Part shown: piece after piece, positions 47,216 to 57,400 of the stretch
Layout of the letters: every line of letters begins with the position of its first letter
Position numbering within the stretch: position 1 is the stretch's first letter
Origin: Terriglobia bacterium
Lineage (GTDB): Bacteria > Acidobacteriota > Terriglobia > Terriglobales > Acidobacteriaceae
Assembly (NCBI GenBank): GCA_020073565.1
Contig: JAIQEY010000018.1
Location: forward strand, 36,431-100,430
Length of the DNA: 64,000 nucleotides
Direction: 5' to 3'
The notes under the pieces: generated by a model
Told to the model about the DNA's origin: nothing
The model's database searches: none
Seen by the model: the letters and a program-made list of their open reading frames with translations, nothing else
Translations under genes and position numbers: made by a program

Positions 47216-47916
47216 AATTTCCTGTGCTTTCGTTTCGCTTCCGACATGCGCGTCATCGCAGTCAATCACATTCTGTCTCCGCCGACGAAGTAATCACTGT
47301 GCAAGTCAACAGCTTGTCAATAGCGAGCTTAATAGTGATACGACAACGGCTCGACGGACTAGGTAATCGCCGGAAGATGAATAGTGGCACTGAATAAATT
47401 CAGTCACGACCTGAAATTGTGGTTGACAGTGGCCTCTGGGGGGGTATAGTAGGCTGGTCAAAAACGGGAAAACGAAATTCGGGTTCGAAGGCGTGAAAGC
47501 TCTCCGGGGTCCGAAAGGGTACGCCCAAGGAGGAAAGTATAATTGCTCTCGAAACGCCTACCATCATCACAAAGTGACCGATTTTAGAGCGTGTCACAAT
47601 CTGTCACAATTCGCGTTGGGATTTTGCCGTTTCAAACGCCCCGCCGCACGGAAACTCACGAGTCCTTGCCGCTCACTCGGCCCGGCTCACCGCCGTTGGG
47701 GACTAGATGCGCTCACGGGATCGGCGTCGTGGCCGTTGGGTTTTGATTCCGCGTCCGGTTCGGTCTTGCCGTTGGGATCGCCATCAGAATCGGCCCCATC
47801 CGCATAACAGATTGCGCCGGCAGTCGTTGCGCGTCCCGGTCTTCGCCTGGCGCAAGGTTGTCGCAACGACGTTGAGGGGAAACTGCGAGATGGCTTTCTC
47901 GATCATGTTCTTGAAT

Positions 47917-49134
47917 CTATGGGCGCTGTGGTTGTGGGTTGGAGGCTGGGGGCAGATCCAGTCTCTTCCAGAGTGCTTTCCGTTTCTCGACATCTTCGTG
48001 CTGCAACTGTGTCGCTTTCTGAAATTCGTGCTCCGACTCAGCCTTTTGTCCCAATCGGCCGTAAGTGAGGCCGAGATAATAATGCGCTTCCAGGAGCGAA
48101 TCGTCGTTGGCTGTAGCCCGCCGCAGAAGTTCGACAGTCTGGGTGTAATGTTTCTGCTGAAATTCGAGTCTCCCCAACGCCGATAAAGCGCCCGCATGTT
48201 TCGGATCGCGATCGAGCACGTGCTGCAAATTAGCTCTGGCCGGGCCCCAGTTGTCGGCAAGGAGTTCCAATACTCCAAGCCGAAAGTAAGCCTCGGTTTG
48301 TTCTGGCGCAAGCGCAATCGATCGCTCGAACTGAGTTCGGGCTTCGTCCGGCCGCTCGAGAGCCGCAAGAGTCATGCCCAGCGAGCAGTAACCCGAGGGA
48401 TCGTCCGGACTTAAAGTGATGTAATACGCGAACTGCTGGCGAGCCTCGTCGAGTTCTCCCAAGCCGCCGTATGCGCGGCCCAGGCCATACACAGCGAACG
48501 GGTCATCCTTGCGCTGCGACAAGGTTTCCTTAAAACCGTCGACCGCATCCTGCAACAACGACATCTGAAAAGCCGCCGTTGCGAACTCGAATTGTACGTC
48601 GGGATTTTTGGGCGCAAGCTTTCTCGCCTCAATCAGCAATCCCAGCGCTTGTTTCGGGTCGTCGCTGCTCGCTGCCGTCTGAGCATGCTCTCGGAGAATG
48701 TGCACCAGTGCGTCAGATGCGTCGGTGCGAGCGGGATCGAGCTTGATAGCTGTTTGCAGTTCGGGAACAGCTTCATCTTCGCGGCGGGTCTGCAGGTAAA
48801 GAAGGCCAAGGTGCGCGTGCGCGCTGGCGAAATCTGGCTTGCTCTGAATGGCTCGCTGGAAGAGGGTTTCGGCATCTATCTGGCGACGCTGCAAAATGCG
48901 GACTACGCCCAGCAAATCCAAGGCGCGATATTCCTTGGGAGCGGCGCGCAGCACCCGTTGCAACTCACCTTCGGCGCGATCCAGATTTCCAGCAGAGAGA
49001 AACTGGACAGCATGGCTCAGCCGAGTCGCAGTTGCATCTTGGGCGAAGCTCGGCGCAGTAAATATCGCCAGCCAGATCAGTGCAAACATCGAGGCGAATC
49101 GCGCTCGGCAGGAGTCTTGAGAGTGCAAGTCCAT
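47917..49134 (-). CDS. Secreted TPR-repeat protein
   Basis: Signal-like MDLHSQDSCRARFASMFALIWLAIFTAPSFA. About 10 TPR units (AHAHLGLLYL, YGLGRAYGG, YCSLGMTL, YFRLGVLE, HYYLGLTYG). Confidence 0.7.
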   Translation of the reverse strand: MDLHSQDSCRARFASMFALIWLAIFTAPSFAQDATATRLSHAVQFLSAGNLDRAEGELQRVLRAAPKEYRALDLLGVVRILQRRQIDAETLFQRAIQSKPDFASAHAHLGLLYLQTRREDEAVPELQTAIKLDPARTDASDALVHILREHAQTAASSDDPKQALGLLIEARKLAPKNPDVQFEFATAAFQMSLLQDAVDGFKETLSQRKDDPFAVYGLGRAYGGLGELDEARQQFAYYITLSPDDPSGYCSLGMTLAALERPDEARTQFERSIALAPEQTEAYFRLGVLELLADNWGPARANLQHVLDRDPKHAGALSALGRLEFQQKHYTQTVELLRRATANDDSLLEAHYYLGLTYGRLGQKAESEHEFQKATQLQHEDVEKRKALWKRLDLPPASNPQPQRP

Positions 49135-49266
49135 TAACCTACAACGGGTCTCAAACTGTTCTCGAATGTGCAGCGGGGATTTCCTGGTTGTCAGCCGCAG
49201 CCTTCTTATTGTACCTACACAATCGACTGGCACGCTGGCTGGGTCGGCTGCAATGAAGCACGCGAG

Positions 49267-50003
49267 TTAGCACGCCGCTCGATGTCCCATCGGTTTCACG
49301 GGCGGTTTGCCTGCTGCCAACGCCGTCATTCCGCCGCCCGCCAGCTAAACTCCGCCTGGCGGTAAACGAAGCATCATCGCTGCGCAACAACGCGATTAGT
49401 TTTGCAACTTCTTCGGGACGCGCGATTCGGCCAAGCGCATGCAGGTGTGCGATTTCCTGAAGCAGAGAGGCTAAATCCTCCATATTTTGTACGCTCGACC
49501 GGAACATCGGGGTATCGACGGCGCCCGGGGAAACGCAATGCACGCGAATGTTATCCTGCGCGTGATCAACTGCAAGAGCTCGAGTCAGTCCTGCGATGGC
49601 ATGCTTGCTGGTCACGTAAGCGACCGAGTCCGGCAAAGTCCTTACCGCTTGTACGGATGAAACATTCACGACCGAAGCACCAGCACTCTTCATCAAGAGA
49701 AAGAATGCGCGGAAGGTGAGAAATATTCCTTTGACATTGATGGCCATGACTTCGTCCCAGGTTCTCTCCGACGTGGTCGCGTCGGTGCCGTATCGCTGAA
49801 TGCCCGCGCTGTTCACGAGAAACGCAACGTTTCCGAATTCTTTCGAGATCTGAGCAGCAGCGCGTCACTTGGTGAGACGAAGAAACGTCGCAAGAGATGA
49901 AGCGCGCGTTGGAGCTAATCGCGGATGGCGGAGCGCGGTCGAGAAGTACAACCTTGGCTGCCAGAAGACTTGCCATCAATCCGCCATCAAAACTAAGCTG
50001 TTT
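49267..50003 (-). pseudogene. Short-chain dehydrogenase/reductase (SDR) pseudogene
   Basis: SDR core is readable (KVVLLDR..CDVSS..|frameshift near 49865|..EFGNVAFLVNSAGIQ...NVSSV...YVTSKHAIAGLTRALA...VHCVSPGAVDTPM...). A second frameshift before GGGMTA lies near 49340. The TGxxxGIG glycine motif is deleted. Confidence 0.7.
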
Positions 50004-50480
50004 TGAGCTGTTTTCAGATGTGGGAAAATGCGGAAAAGCCAGATGAGGAAAGGGTTTTAGGGTTGTGACCTCAAAATTGACACGATAGAGGTTTGGGGTT
50101 CGAGTCTCTAATGGAACGCGTCCAGTAGCTCGGCAACGCGTTCTAGGGGGGGTAGTCAGGCCTACCCTCCCACCCTCAATTTCCGAATTTTGACCCTCAA
50201 AAGGGTGTGGGGCGCAAGTGTCTGTTCCTACATCGTTCGCATACTTCGCGTTTTTCGCCTTCTGCGCTTGGTGCAGGATATGGAGTCTAGTTTGCTGACT
50301 ACCGCTGTAGTCTTTTCCTGGCAACGCGGCATAGGAATGTGCCGCGCAAGCGGCGCACCCGGCCAAGCCAGGGCAGATTGCAAGAACGAGAATGAAGGCT
50401 GGACGGAAACCACAATCCGTAAAGTGGACTCCCAGATCGAAGACGCGCTGCCCGGCAAGCTCTTCGTAGTGCGTCGTATT

Positions 50481-53400
50481 CTACTTGCAGTCCGCGCAAC
50501 AGACTCCTGGAACCGACGTCAGAGGCGAAGTGCGTAAGATACGGAAGTTTCCGAGAGCATCCGTGAGGGGTTGTGCGAAATCTTCCGACTGAAAACCTGC
50601 GGCCGTACCCCTGCCAGAGCCTGATCTTTCTCCCAAAACGTTAGTTGATAAGTCGCTATTAACGGTGGCAACGCCGGCGGCTGCGGGTACGACTAATGCT
50701 CCCAGCGTAGGCATCATTTCAACACAAAGAACACTCAGAGAAGCATCCAGGGGAAGGCCAAGTTCGCGCAAGGCATTCAGAATCTCGCGGTGGGACCAGC
50801 GTGTCTCGGCTTGGGCTGGAGCGTCGAAGTTCTGAAACCCGACCAGCGTGGGTCCGAACGGCCGGTCGAGCTTGCCCCGGAATCTGGGGACGACGTTCAG
50901 TTTGCGGTCCCCCAGCAGGATATTGCGGAAGTCTTTACCATCGGCTTGGTGGACCTGCGCATACAAAAGGGCCCAAATCTCGGTGCGCGGTGGATCGTGA
51001 GTGATGTTTTTTCCGTTCAGGACCGCCATGGCGTATGGCGCTTCAATGATCAAGTCATCCTGTGCGCGCTTGCAGGTACAGAAGAGAGTAGGAGCGGGAT
51101 GCTGAGCTCCCGTAGTGCGCAACGAACGCCCCCAACGGCCGTGCGCAGTTGACCAGATGTGGGCGTGTCCCACACGCAGTTCGTAGGTAAAGAAGCCAAA
51201 CAACTCGGGGCTGTCGGGATTGAGGCCGTGAGGCAGGCGAACAAGGAAGTGTACCTTGCTGTTGCCAGCCGGTTCCAGCCGGACCATGGCTGACAGACCG
51301 GCCTCGTCATCGGTCGCATTTTGGGGTATGACACGGATCAATTCAGGATCGATCGGAAGTGGCGGCTCCTCTTGTGGAGTAAACGTCTCAATGCGATCGT
51401 CGGACAAAAGTGGATCAGGTGCGTAGCCGAGGAAGCGAATGAAATACTCGTCGTTTGGATCGCGTATCGGCTCCTCCATCTCAAGCCACAGAAAGCGGCG
51501 ACGCGCCTCAGTGGATGCGTAATCTTTGCTGCGCTCGTATTTCGAGAGAGCCAGACCAGCCGATACGATCCGCGGCACCTGCGCTGGAGGCGTCGTAACC
51601 GGCAAATCCAAATGCAACTTGAAGGAAGCCGGATCATCACTATGGACCGGTGGACTAGCGAAATGCGGTTGCACGTCGTAGTCAAGCTCTATGATGTCGG
51701 GACAACGTGTTTCGGTCGCAGAGCCAGCCAGCATCAACTCGGATTTCGGTTCGACCGCGTCGAGGAAGATGAGCGTAGTATGTCCGCGCTGCGGATCTTG
51801 AAGCGCCTGGATGGTTGCGGTGGGTGTGAGTTCCCAGTCACCCACCGGTTTGCCGCCGTTGTCGTCGGTTTCGGCATCCGATCGGAAATGCTTCTTGCGG
51901 AAGAATTCAAAACTCACTGGTTGAAGGTTGCTCCATGTCCAGTCACGTCCCAGATCGAACGTAATTGCGACGATCCAATGATTGATCAGGTCTTCTTTGG
52001 CGGCAAAGGTCAGCGACGAATGGTCCGGCGCGAGCGAGTGCCGGATGCGGCGCGAACAGCCGAACACAACGCGTTCGCCTGTCTTCGCCACCAGTGTCAT
52101 ACCTCTGTGATCGACTGCGATTTCATGCGCCAGGCGTTCGATCATGGCCGGACTGCTGCCCGTGGTGCGCTGGAAGATGAGCGAATTCAGCGTACCGTCC
52201 CACGCTGGAGGCGGATCGGGCTGCAAGTAAACACCGCGGATTCTCTTGGATGCGACGAGATTGGTTTCGTCGGAAGATTCGTGCCGCACCTTTATCTGAA
52301 CAGGCTTGCCGACGTTCGTGTTCGGAGCGAAGTATGCCGCACCATCGTCAGCGACGGCACGGATAGTCAGGCGAACGTCACGTGCTGTGGGCAGAACGAT
52401 CTGAGGCAGAGCGTCCAACTCGGCCTGAGTCAAGCCCAAGTCGCCCAGGTCAGCCGGGTCCTCGAACTTCAGAACTTGAGCGTCCCGGAACTCGAGTGGA
52501 ATCACAGATGGCTGATCGAACGCAACGGGAAACTTTCGATCTGTAGTGTAAAACGCGATGTATGGATCACGTCCGGACAACGATAGCAGATTGTCCATGC
52601 GCAACGTTTTCACCTCAACCTCGATTTGCACACGAGTTACATCGGGGTCAGGGATTCCGAAACTGCTCTTACCGACGGCTGCGTCTGAAGCCGCTTTGAG
52701 CAGCGGAATAGGATCAATATACTTTCCGGTAAACACAACTGCTGGATAGCCAAGTAGTGGACGATTCACTTTCAGGGAGTTTCCTGCAAACAATTCATTG
52801 TCCACTGGCAAGCCCTCAATACGGACCGGCTCGGGCACCACGTGGCGACGGAAGGAAATCGTGGTGATGGCAGGAGCAGAGGCTGGGATGGGGGGGATAA
52901 GAGGACTAACGTCCGGCCCCTTCGGCCCTCCACCGGTGGGATCCATGAGCCTGATCCGGAAGTCATAAGTCTCGCCATAGCGAAGAGGAATCTGGGCCAG
53001 ACCCAGCGGATCATAGAGACGTCCCAGATTGGCCTTTTTGTTCTTATCCTGTTCCGTCTTGTACAGGACTGCCGCATCTTCGTCTGGGAGCACCAGGGAC
53101 TTGCCATTCCATTGCGAGAAATACGACGGCAGCCAGAACTGGCTTGTGTCTTGATAGCCGTCGAGCTGTTGCGGATGCACTTCTACCGGCAGTTCTTCTG
53201 TCACCTTGCCAAGTGAAACGGTGTCAATCTTTATGTCGGTCTTGCTGCGTACTCGTACTAAGCTGTGCCATTCCGTTTCCGGATGTTTTCGCGCATCGAT
53301 GCGATATCCGAAAACGCCCATGGGCGCGTCGAGTCGCTGCGGCTGTCCGGCGATTTTAGGAGCAGTTGGATCAGCCTGCAGCTGGCGACTCTGCCAGATG

Positions 53401-54398
53401 AGGATCTGCTCGTCATCCCATCCCAGCCGGATGCCAATATCGGTCAGCGGTGAGAAGCCGTCGGGATCTTCGGCCAGTAGGTTTTGGCTGACGGGCTGGA
53501 CAGCGTGAACGATCTTTGCGTAGCCATCGTCGTAATCGGCGGCCTCAATAAATACCTCATCATAGTTACCCGGCACTACGGGCGGGCCAGGAATCGAATT
53601 CAGAACTGGGAACAACACCGCGGCGAATACCTGCCGCCGCTTGTTCTTCTCAAGCGCAGGAATGCGCGCAGCGTAGCGCTTCAGAAAATCGAAGTCAGCA
53701 ACAACTTGCGAGGCGTACTCGCTATCGGCAGCCAAATCTACATATACGAAGCCTCCTTTCGCAAACAGGCCGCCATCAACCTTGAAGCTAGCCGACCGGA
53801 TGAGACCCAGGTGCCGCGCCAATTGTGGATGACGCAGACAGAAGGCGTAAATCTCGCCCCAACTAACGTCATCGGACGAAGGAACAAATGCCGGGTTGAG
53901 TTCTTTCTTAGCCTTAATCGCGCACTGATAGCTATCGTCAGTTACTGCACCCAGAGTGCGGGAACCGGTGAAAAGGAACGACTCGCGATAACTGCGCGGC
54001 AGGTACTTCATGATCGGAGTTCCCTGCTGGCAAGGTCCCGCGAGTCTCGGAGCCAAGATTGACAGTTTGAAACGGCCAGGAGCTGGCGCGATCAGCGATT
54101 GGAACAATTTCCGTGCCTCAACAAGTGCGCCATTTGCCTCCGGAAGTGGGGCGTTAAAATCCACCGGAGTGTTGACGGGAAACCGGCTCAGTCCATCTAG
54201 CGCGCGAACCTGAAATCTCAGGTCTGCATCGGCGAACGCGGCCGTGGTGTCGCCGAGATTGGGGAAGTTCTGAATCACCGGCAGAAGGGGGTCCCCATTC
54301 CACAAGTTGCTCAGCCGTGGCACTACCAGGATGTTCAGATGCAGCCGGTTTCCATCGAACTCCTGCGGGAATGTCAAAATACTGATTCGCGGATCCAT
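50481..54398 (-). CDS. Giant hypothetical protein B (about 1,305 aa), no recognisable domain
   Basis: Uninterrupted ORF. The ATG at 54398 lies 14 nt downstream of the stop of the preceding giant gene (the ORF is also open to a TTG at 54440). No known motif recognised. Confidence 0.75.
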   Translation of the reverse strand: MDPRISILTFPQEFDGNRLHLNILVVPRLSNLWNGDPLLPVIQNFPNLGDTTAAFADADLRFQVRALDGLSRFPVNTPVDFNAPLPEANGALVEARKLFQSLIAPAPGRFKLSILAPRLAGPCQQGTPIMKYLPRSYRESFLFTGSRTLGAVTDDSYQCAIKAKKELNPAFVPSSDDVSWGEIYAFCLRHPQLARHLGLIRSASFKVDGGLFAKGGFVYVDLAADSEYASQVVADFDFLKRYAARIPALEKNKRRQVFAAVLFPVLNSIPGPPVVPGNYDEVFIEAADYDDGYAKIVHAVQPVSQNLLAEDPDGFSPLTDIGIRLGWDDEQILIWQSRQLQADPTAPKIAGQPQRLDAPMGVFGYRIDARKHPETEWHSLVRVRSKTDIKIDTVSLGKVTEELPVEVHPQQLDGYQDTSQFWLPSYFSQWNGKSLVLPDEDAAVLYKTEQDKNKKANLGRLYDPLGLAQIPLRYGETYDFRIRLMDPTGGGPKGPDVSPLIPPIPASAPAITTISFRRHVVPEPVRIEGLPVDNELFAGNSLKVNRPLLGYPAVVFTGKYIDPIPLLKAASDAAVGKSSFGIPDPDVTRVQIEVEVKTLRMDNLLSLSGRDPYIAFYTTDRKFPVAFDQPSVIPLEFRDAQVLKFEDPADLGDLGLTQAELDALPQIVLPTARDVRLTIRAVADDGAAYFAPNTNVGKPVQIKVRHESSDETNLVASKRIRGVYLQPDPPPAWDGTLNSLIFQRTTGSSPAMIERLAHEIAVDHRGMTLVAKTGERVVFGCSRRIRHSLAPDHSSLTFAAKEDLINHWIVAITFDLGRDWTWSNLQPVSFEFFRKKHFRSDAETDDNGGKPVGDWELTPTATIQALQDPQRGHTTLIFLDAVEPKSELMLAGSATETRCPDIIELDYDVQPHFASPPVHSDDPASFKLHLDLPVTTPPAQVPRIVSAGLALSKYERSKDYASTEARRRFLWLEMEEPIRDPNDEYFIRFLGYAPDPLLSDDRIETFTPQEEPPLPIDPELIRVIPQNATDDEAGLSAMVRLEPAGNSKVHFLVRLPHGLNPDSPELFGFFTYELRVGHAHIWSTAHGRWGRSLRTTGAQHPAPTLFCTCKRAQDDLIIEAPYAMAVLNGKNITHDPPRTEIWALLYAQVHQADGKDFRNILLGDRKLNVVPRFRGKLDRPFGPTLVGFQNFDAPAQAETRWSHREILNALRELGLPLDASLSVLCVEMMPTLGALVVPAAAGVATVNSDLSTNVLGERSGSGRGTAAGFQSEDFAQPLTDALGNFRILRTSPLTSVPGVCCADCK

Positions 54399-54412
54399 AG
54401 CTGTGCCTCTGG

Positions 54413-57400
54413 TCAGGCGATCTGCCTGGTTTCTTGCCAACTCTTGGAAAAGTGGAGATTGATCACTAGGAAGATGCTGATATCAAGGCCGAACGTGACT
54501 TGTGCGGCCAAATCGGTTTCGCTTCCAATGCGGTGGTAAATTCCCTGCGCTTCAATCTGGATCTGTACGGTGACGATGCCATCGAGAATCTCCGCGCGCC
54601 CCCGGAACAGAAGGAAGGCCGCGACCGTGATCTGGCTTGTATCCAGATCAACCTGGACACCCACCATGTAGAGCAGCGAGACGGTGCCAATGACGGGTAG
54701 TCCCACCGCGATCTCTGCACCAAAGCCAAACTTCATGTGGAGCGAGGGACCCGTCTTGATGTCGGCGGCCGTGCGGAGGTCGACTGAACCAACGGCGTAA
54801 ACGGTGGCCACAGCCAGACTTACGCACATCACGGACAGGCTTCCGCCAAATTCGAGAAAGGCCCCGGCTGACGGGATCAACTGGCTGGGCGCATTGGGGA
54901 TGGACATCGCCTCATTGAAGTACACACCGACTGCGAGGTGCGCCTCGAGCTTCAACGGATTGCTTGGGTTGTCGTATGCGATACCCGGTGGAAACCTCAC
55001 CGCTGGAATTTCTTTGCGCGCATGGAAGGCGTAATTCCAACTATCGGCCGAGTTGCTCATCGCAATCTCGAGACCCTTTTCGAAAGCAGCCTTGTAATCA
55101 CCCCCCTGCAACTGATCGAGGATCTGCAAGATGTCAACAACGGGTTGGAGCTCTTTGCTGAATATCAGTTGCGGCTCCTTGAATGACGGGTCAGAACCCT
55201 TCTCCGTATCGAACTTGCCCTTGATCATCATCAGGCGCGTTATCGACCCCAGGTCGACCACCATAGCGATGTCATTCACCTTCGACAGCCATTGATTCCC
55301 CAAGCTGTTGGCCGCCGAATCGAACCCGTAGCGCAAAACACCAGGTCCAATCAGCTTGCCATCCCGGTCCTTGTTTGAATATTCAACGTATAGCTTGAAA
55401 AACTGCTCGTTGATCAGATAGAGCGGGCCGTCAGGGAGCGTCTCCTCGAAGACCTTCGCCGGATTGGCCGGGTCTAGCAGTTTGTAACCTTCCGCCAAAA
55501 TCTTGGTCTGGAACGCTCCGAGATTGAGTGAGAGCGCATCCCGGATATTTGGGAAAATAGCCTTCGTGTTGACCAGTCGGTAAGCGTCTGCGAAATCGGG
55601 CGTCGCGGACTTAAGCTCCTGGACGCCCTCCTGGAAACTGGGCAGACGAAAAAGTGCTTTCTGGGTATTGGTAGATTGCAACAGACCGAAGTTGCGCGTG
55701 TTCGGTCCGGGCGCTTGCACCAAGTCCAGCGGGTTGGCGATGCGGACCAGATCTGCCGGCGTGGTGTCGGTACTCGTCGCGTCAGGAGAAAGTTTTCCGC
55801 GACGGATAACGGGAACTGTCGCTTGCGGATCGAGAGGCGAGACCTCCCCGGTGCCTTGATTGTGCTGCACCACGCTCCAGGAGCCATCCTTGGGCAGCAC
55901 AACCGCACCACGGGCCGCACTGACAAAAATCGGGCCCGAGGCGTCGGTCGAAGCGTTCACGTCCACGCGGCTTATACGTATCTGCTGTCCGCTCTTGCCC
56001 ACATCTAGGACGGCAGCAATCTGGCCGCCAAGGCCGACGAACTGGCTGGCAAGCAACTGTACAAACAGGAAGTCCGGGATCGGTTCTCCGCGTGGCGCAA
56101 GCTGGACGTAGCCGAGCATTCCTTTGGAAGGAACGCGGCCCCTCACCGCGCCACTAATCACATAATCAATTTGAACGTCGGCATCGAAGTATACCGGCTG
56201 AAGGATAACGGCAGGATTGCGCACATCAGGCGGCGTGAAGCTATCCACACTATGCTCGATGCCCTCGCTGTCCAGATATGTATCGCCGATCTTTTTGTTC
56301 CAGATCTGCTGGAAACGAGGAACGACGCTGGTCTCCTGGATGTTCTTTACCTTGAAAACGCCCTTGACCAGACCGGGATGAAACACATACGGATTGGGGC
56401 GGGGCAAAGGGTTGAAGCCACTATCGAACACGTTGTAGCGAAAATCGTAGATGCCGTCCGACTCCGCTTGCCAGCCGGTGTCAAACCGGAAGACATAGCC
56501 ATCGCTGGCGCGCGTCATGGTGATGGTGCGCACCACGTGAATGCCCCAGGGATAAATCAAGCTACGCACCTGAATGACTTCCTGCGCGGTGCGTCCGCTA
56601 AAAACATCAAAATAAGATTTGCTGGTAGCGGCAATGGCTGCCGACGGGTCCTCCCAATGACTGAAGATATTTGCGCCGTAGCCGCAGAAGTCGATCCGGC
56701 TCAGCGGTACGCCGGAAGGCTTGAATGCCACCGGCGGATCATAGAAGAACTCTTTGTTGAAGATGGTACCGACGCTGTCCCCCAGCGTTCCCGCGAAGGT
56801 TGGCACTCCGAAAGGATCGAGTACGTTGTTTAGTTGCAGCGTGCCTCCGGCAAAGAGCGGGCTTTTCACCGGATGGACTGGGGCATCGGCTCGCACTTGC
56901 AAAGCACCCTTTACTCCGCCGCCCTCATACTCCGGCTTGAACAACCCAAGCTGCGCTGGAGCTAAAGCGGGATTGAACTGATTCGTTCGACTGAATTCTG
57001 CAAAAGCACGCAGCCCAAAGGGCAGCGTAAACAGCGCACCTGTGAATCCATTTTTCCGTTCATCGAAATCCTGTACGAGAAACTCAGTCACCGGTATCGG
57101 CGCGATTGGAACTAGCTTGACACTATCGTTGAACAGGCGCGTTGGACCGCCGTCATTGGAATAGAGGTTCCAGCCAAACGGTGGATCTCCGGCCAAGGTC
57201 TTTTGCGATAAGTTGAACAGTGGTTCCCAGCTAACTTGTGGCAACGTAAACGCGCGTACGTACCTACTTTGCGCCGACAAATCGAGTTGCTGCACTTCCA
57301 ATGGAAATGCCGGTTGCTGATCGTTTCCCACGGGTTTGTAAATCCGGTAGAAAGTCAGGTCTCTTTCCGTCAGCGCGGCGTCATTGAACCAGGCGAAGCT

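Noticed and set aside
50090-50108. T-arm-like sequence ggtttggggttcgagtctc, considered as a tRNA or tRNA fragment
   Set aside because: I could not build a T stem, an acceptor stem or any other cloverleaf arm around it.
49566-50366. 266-aa minus-strand ORF
   Set aside because: It is a composite: its 3' part is the out-of-frame N-terminal section of the SDR pseudogene, and the rest is non-coding-looking sequence.
51321-52586. 421-aa plus-strand ORF inside giant gene B
   Set aside because: It is antisense to a much longer uninterrupted ORF and has Arg-rich low-complexity translation. I cannot formally exclude it without coding-potential statistics.
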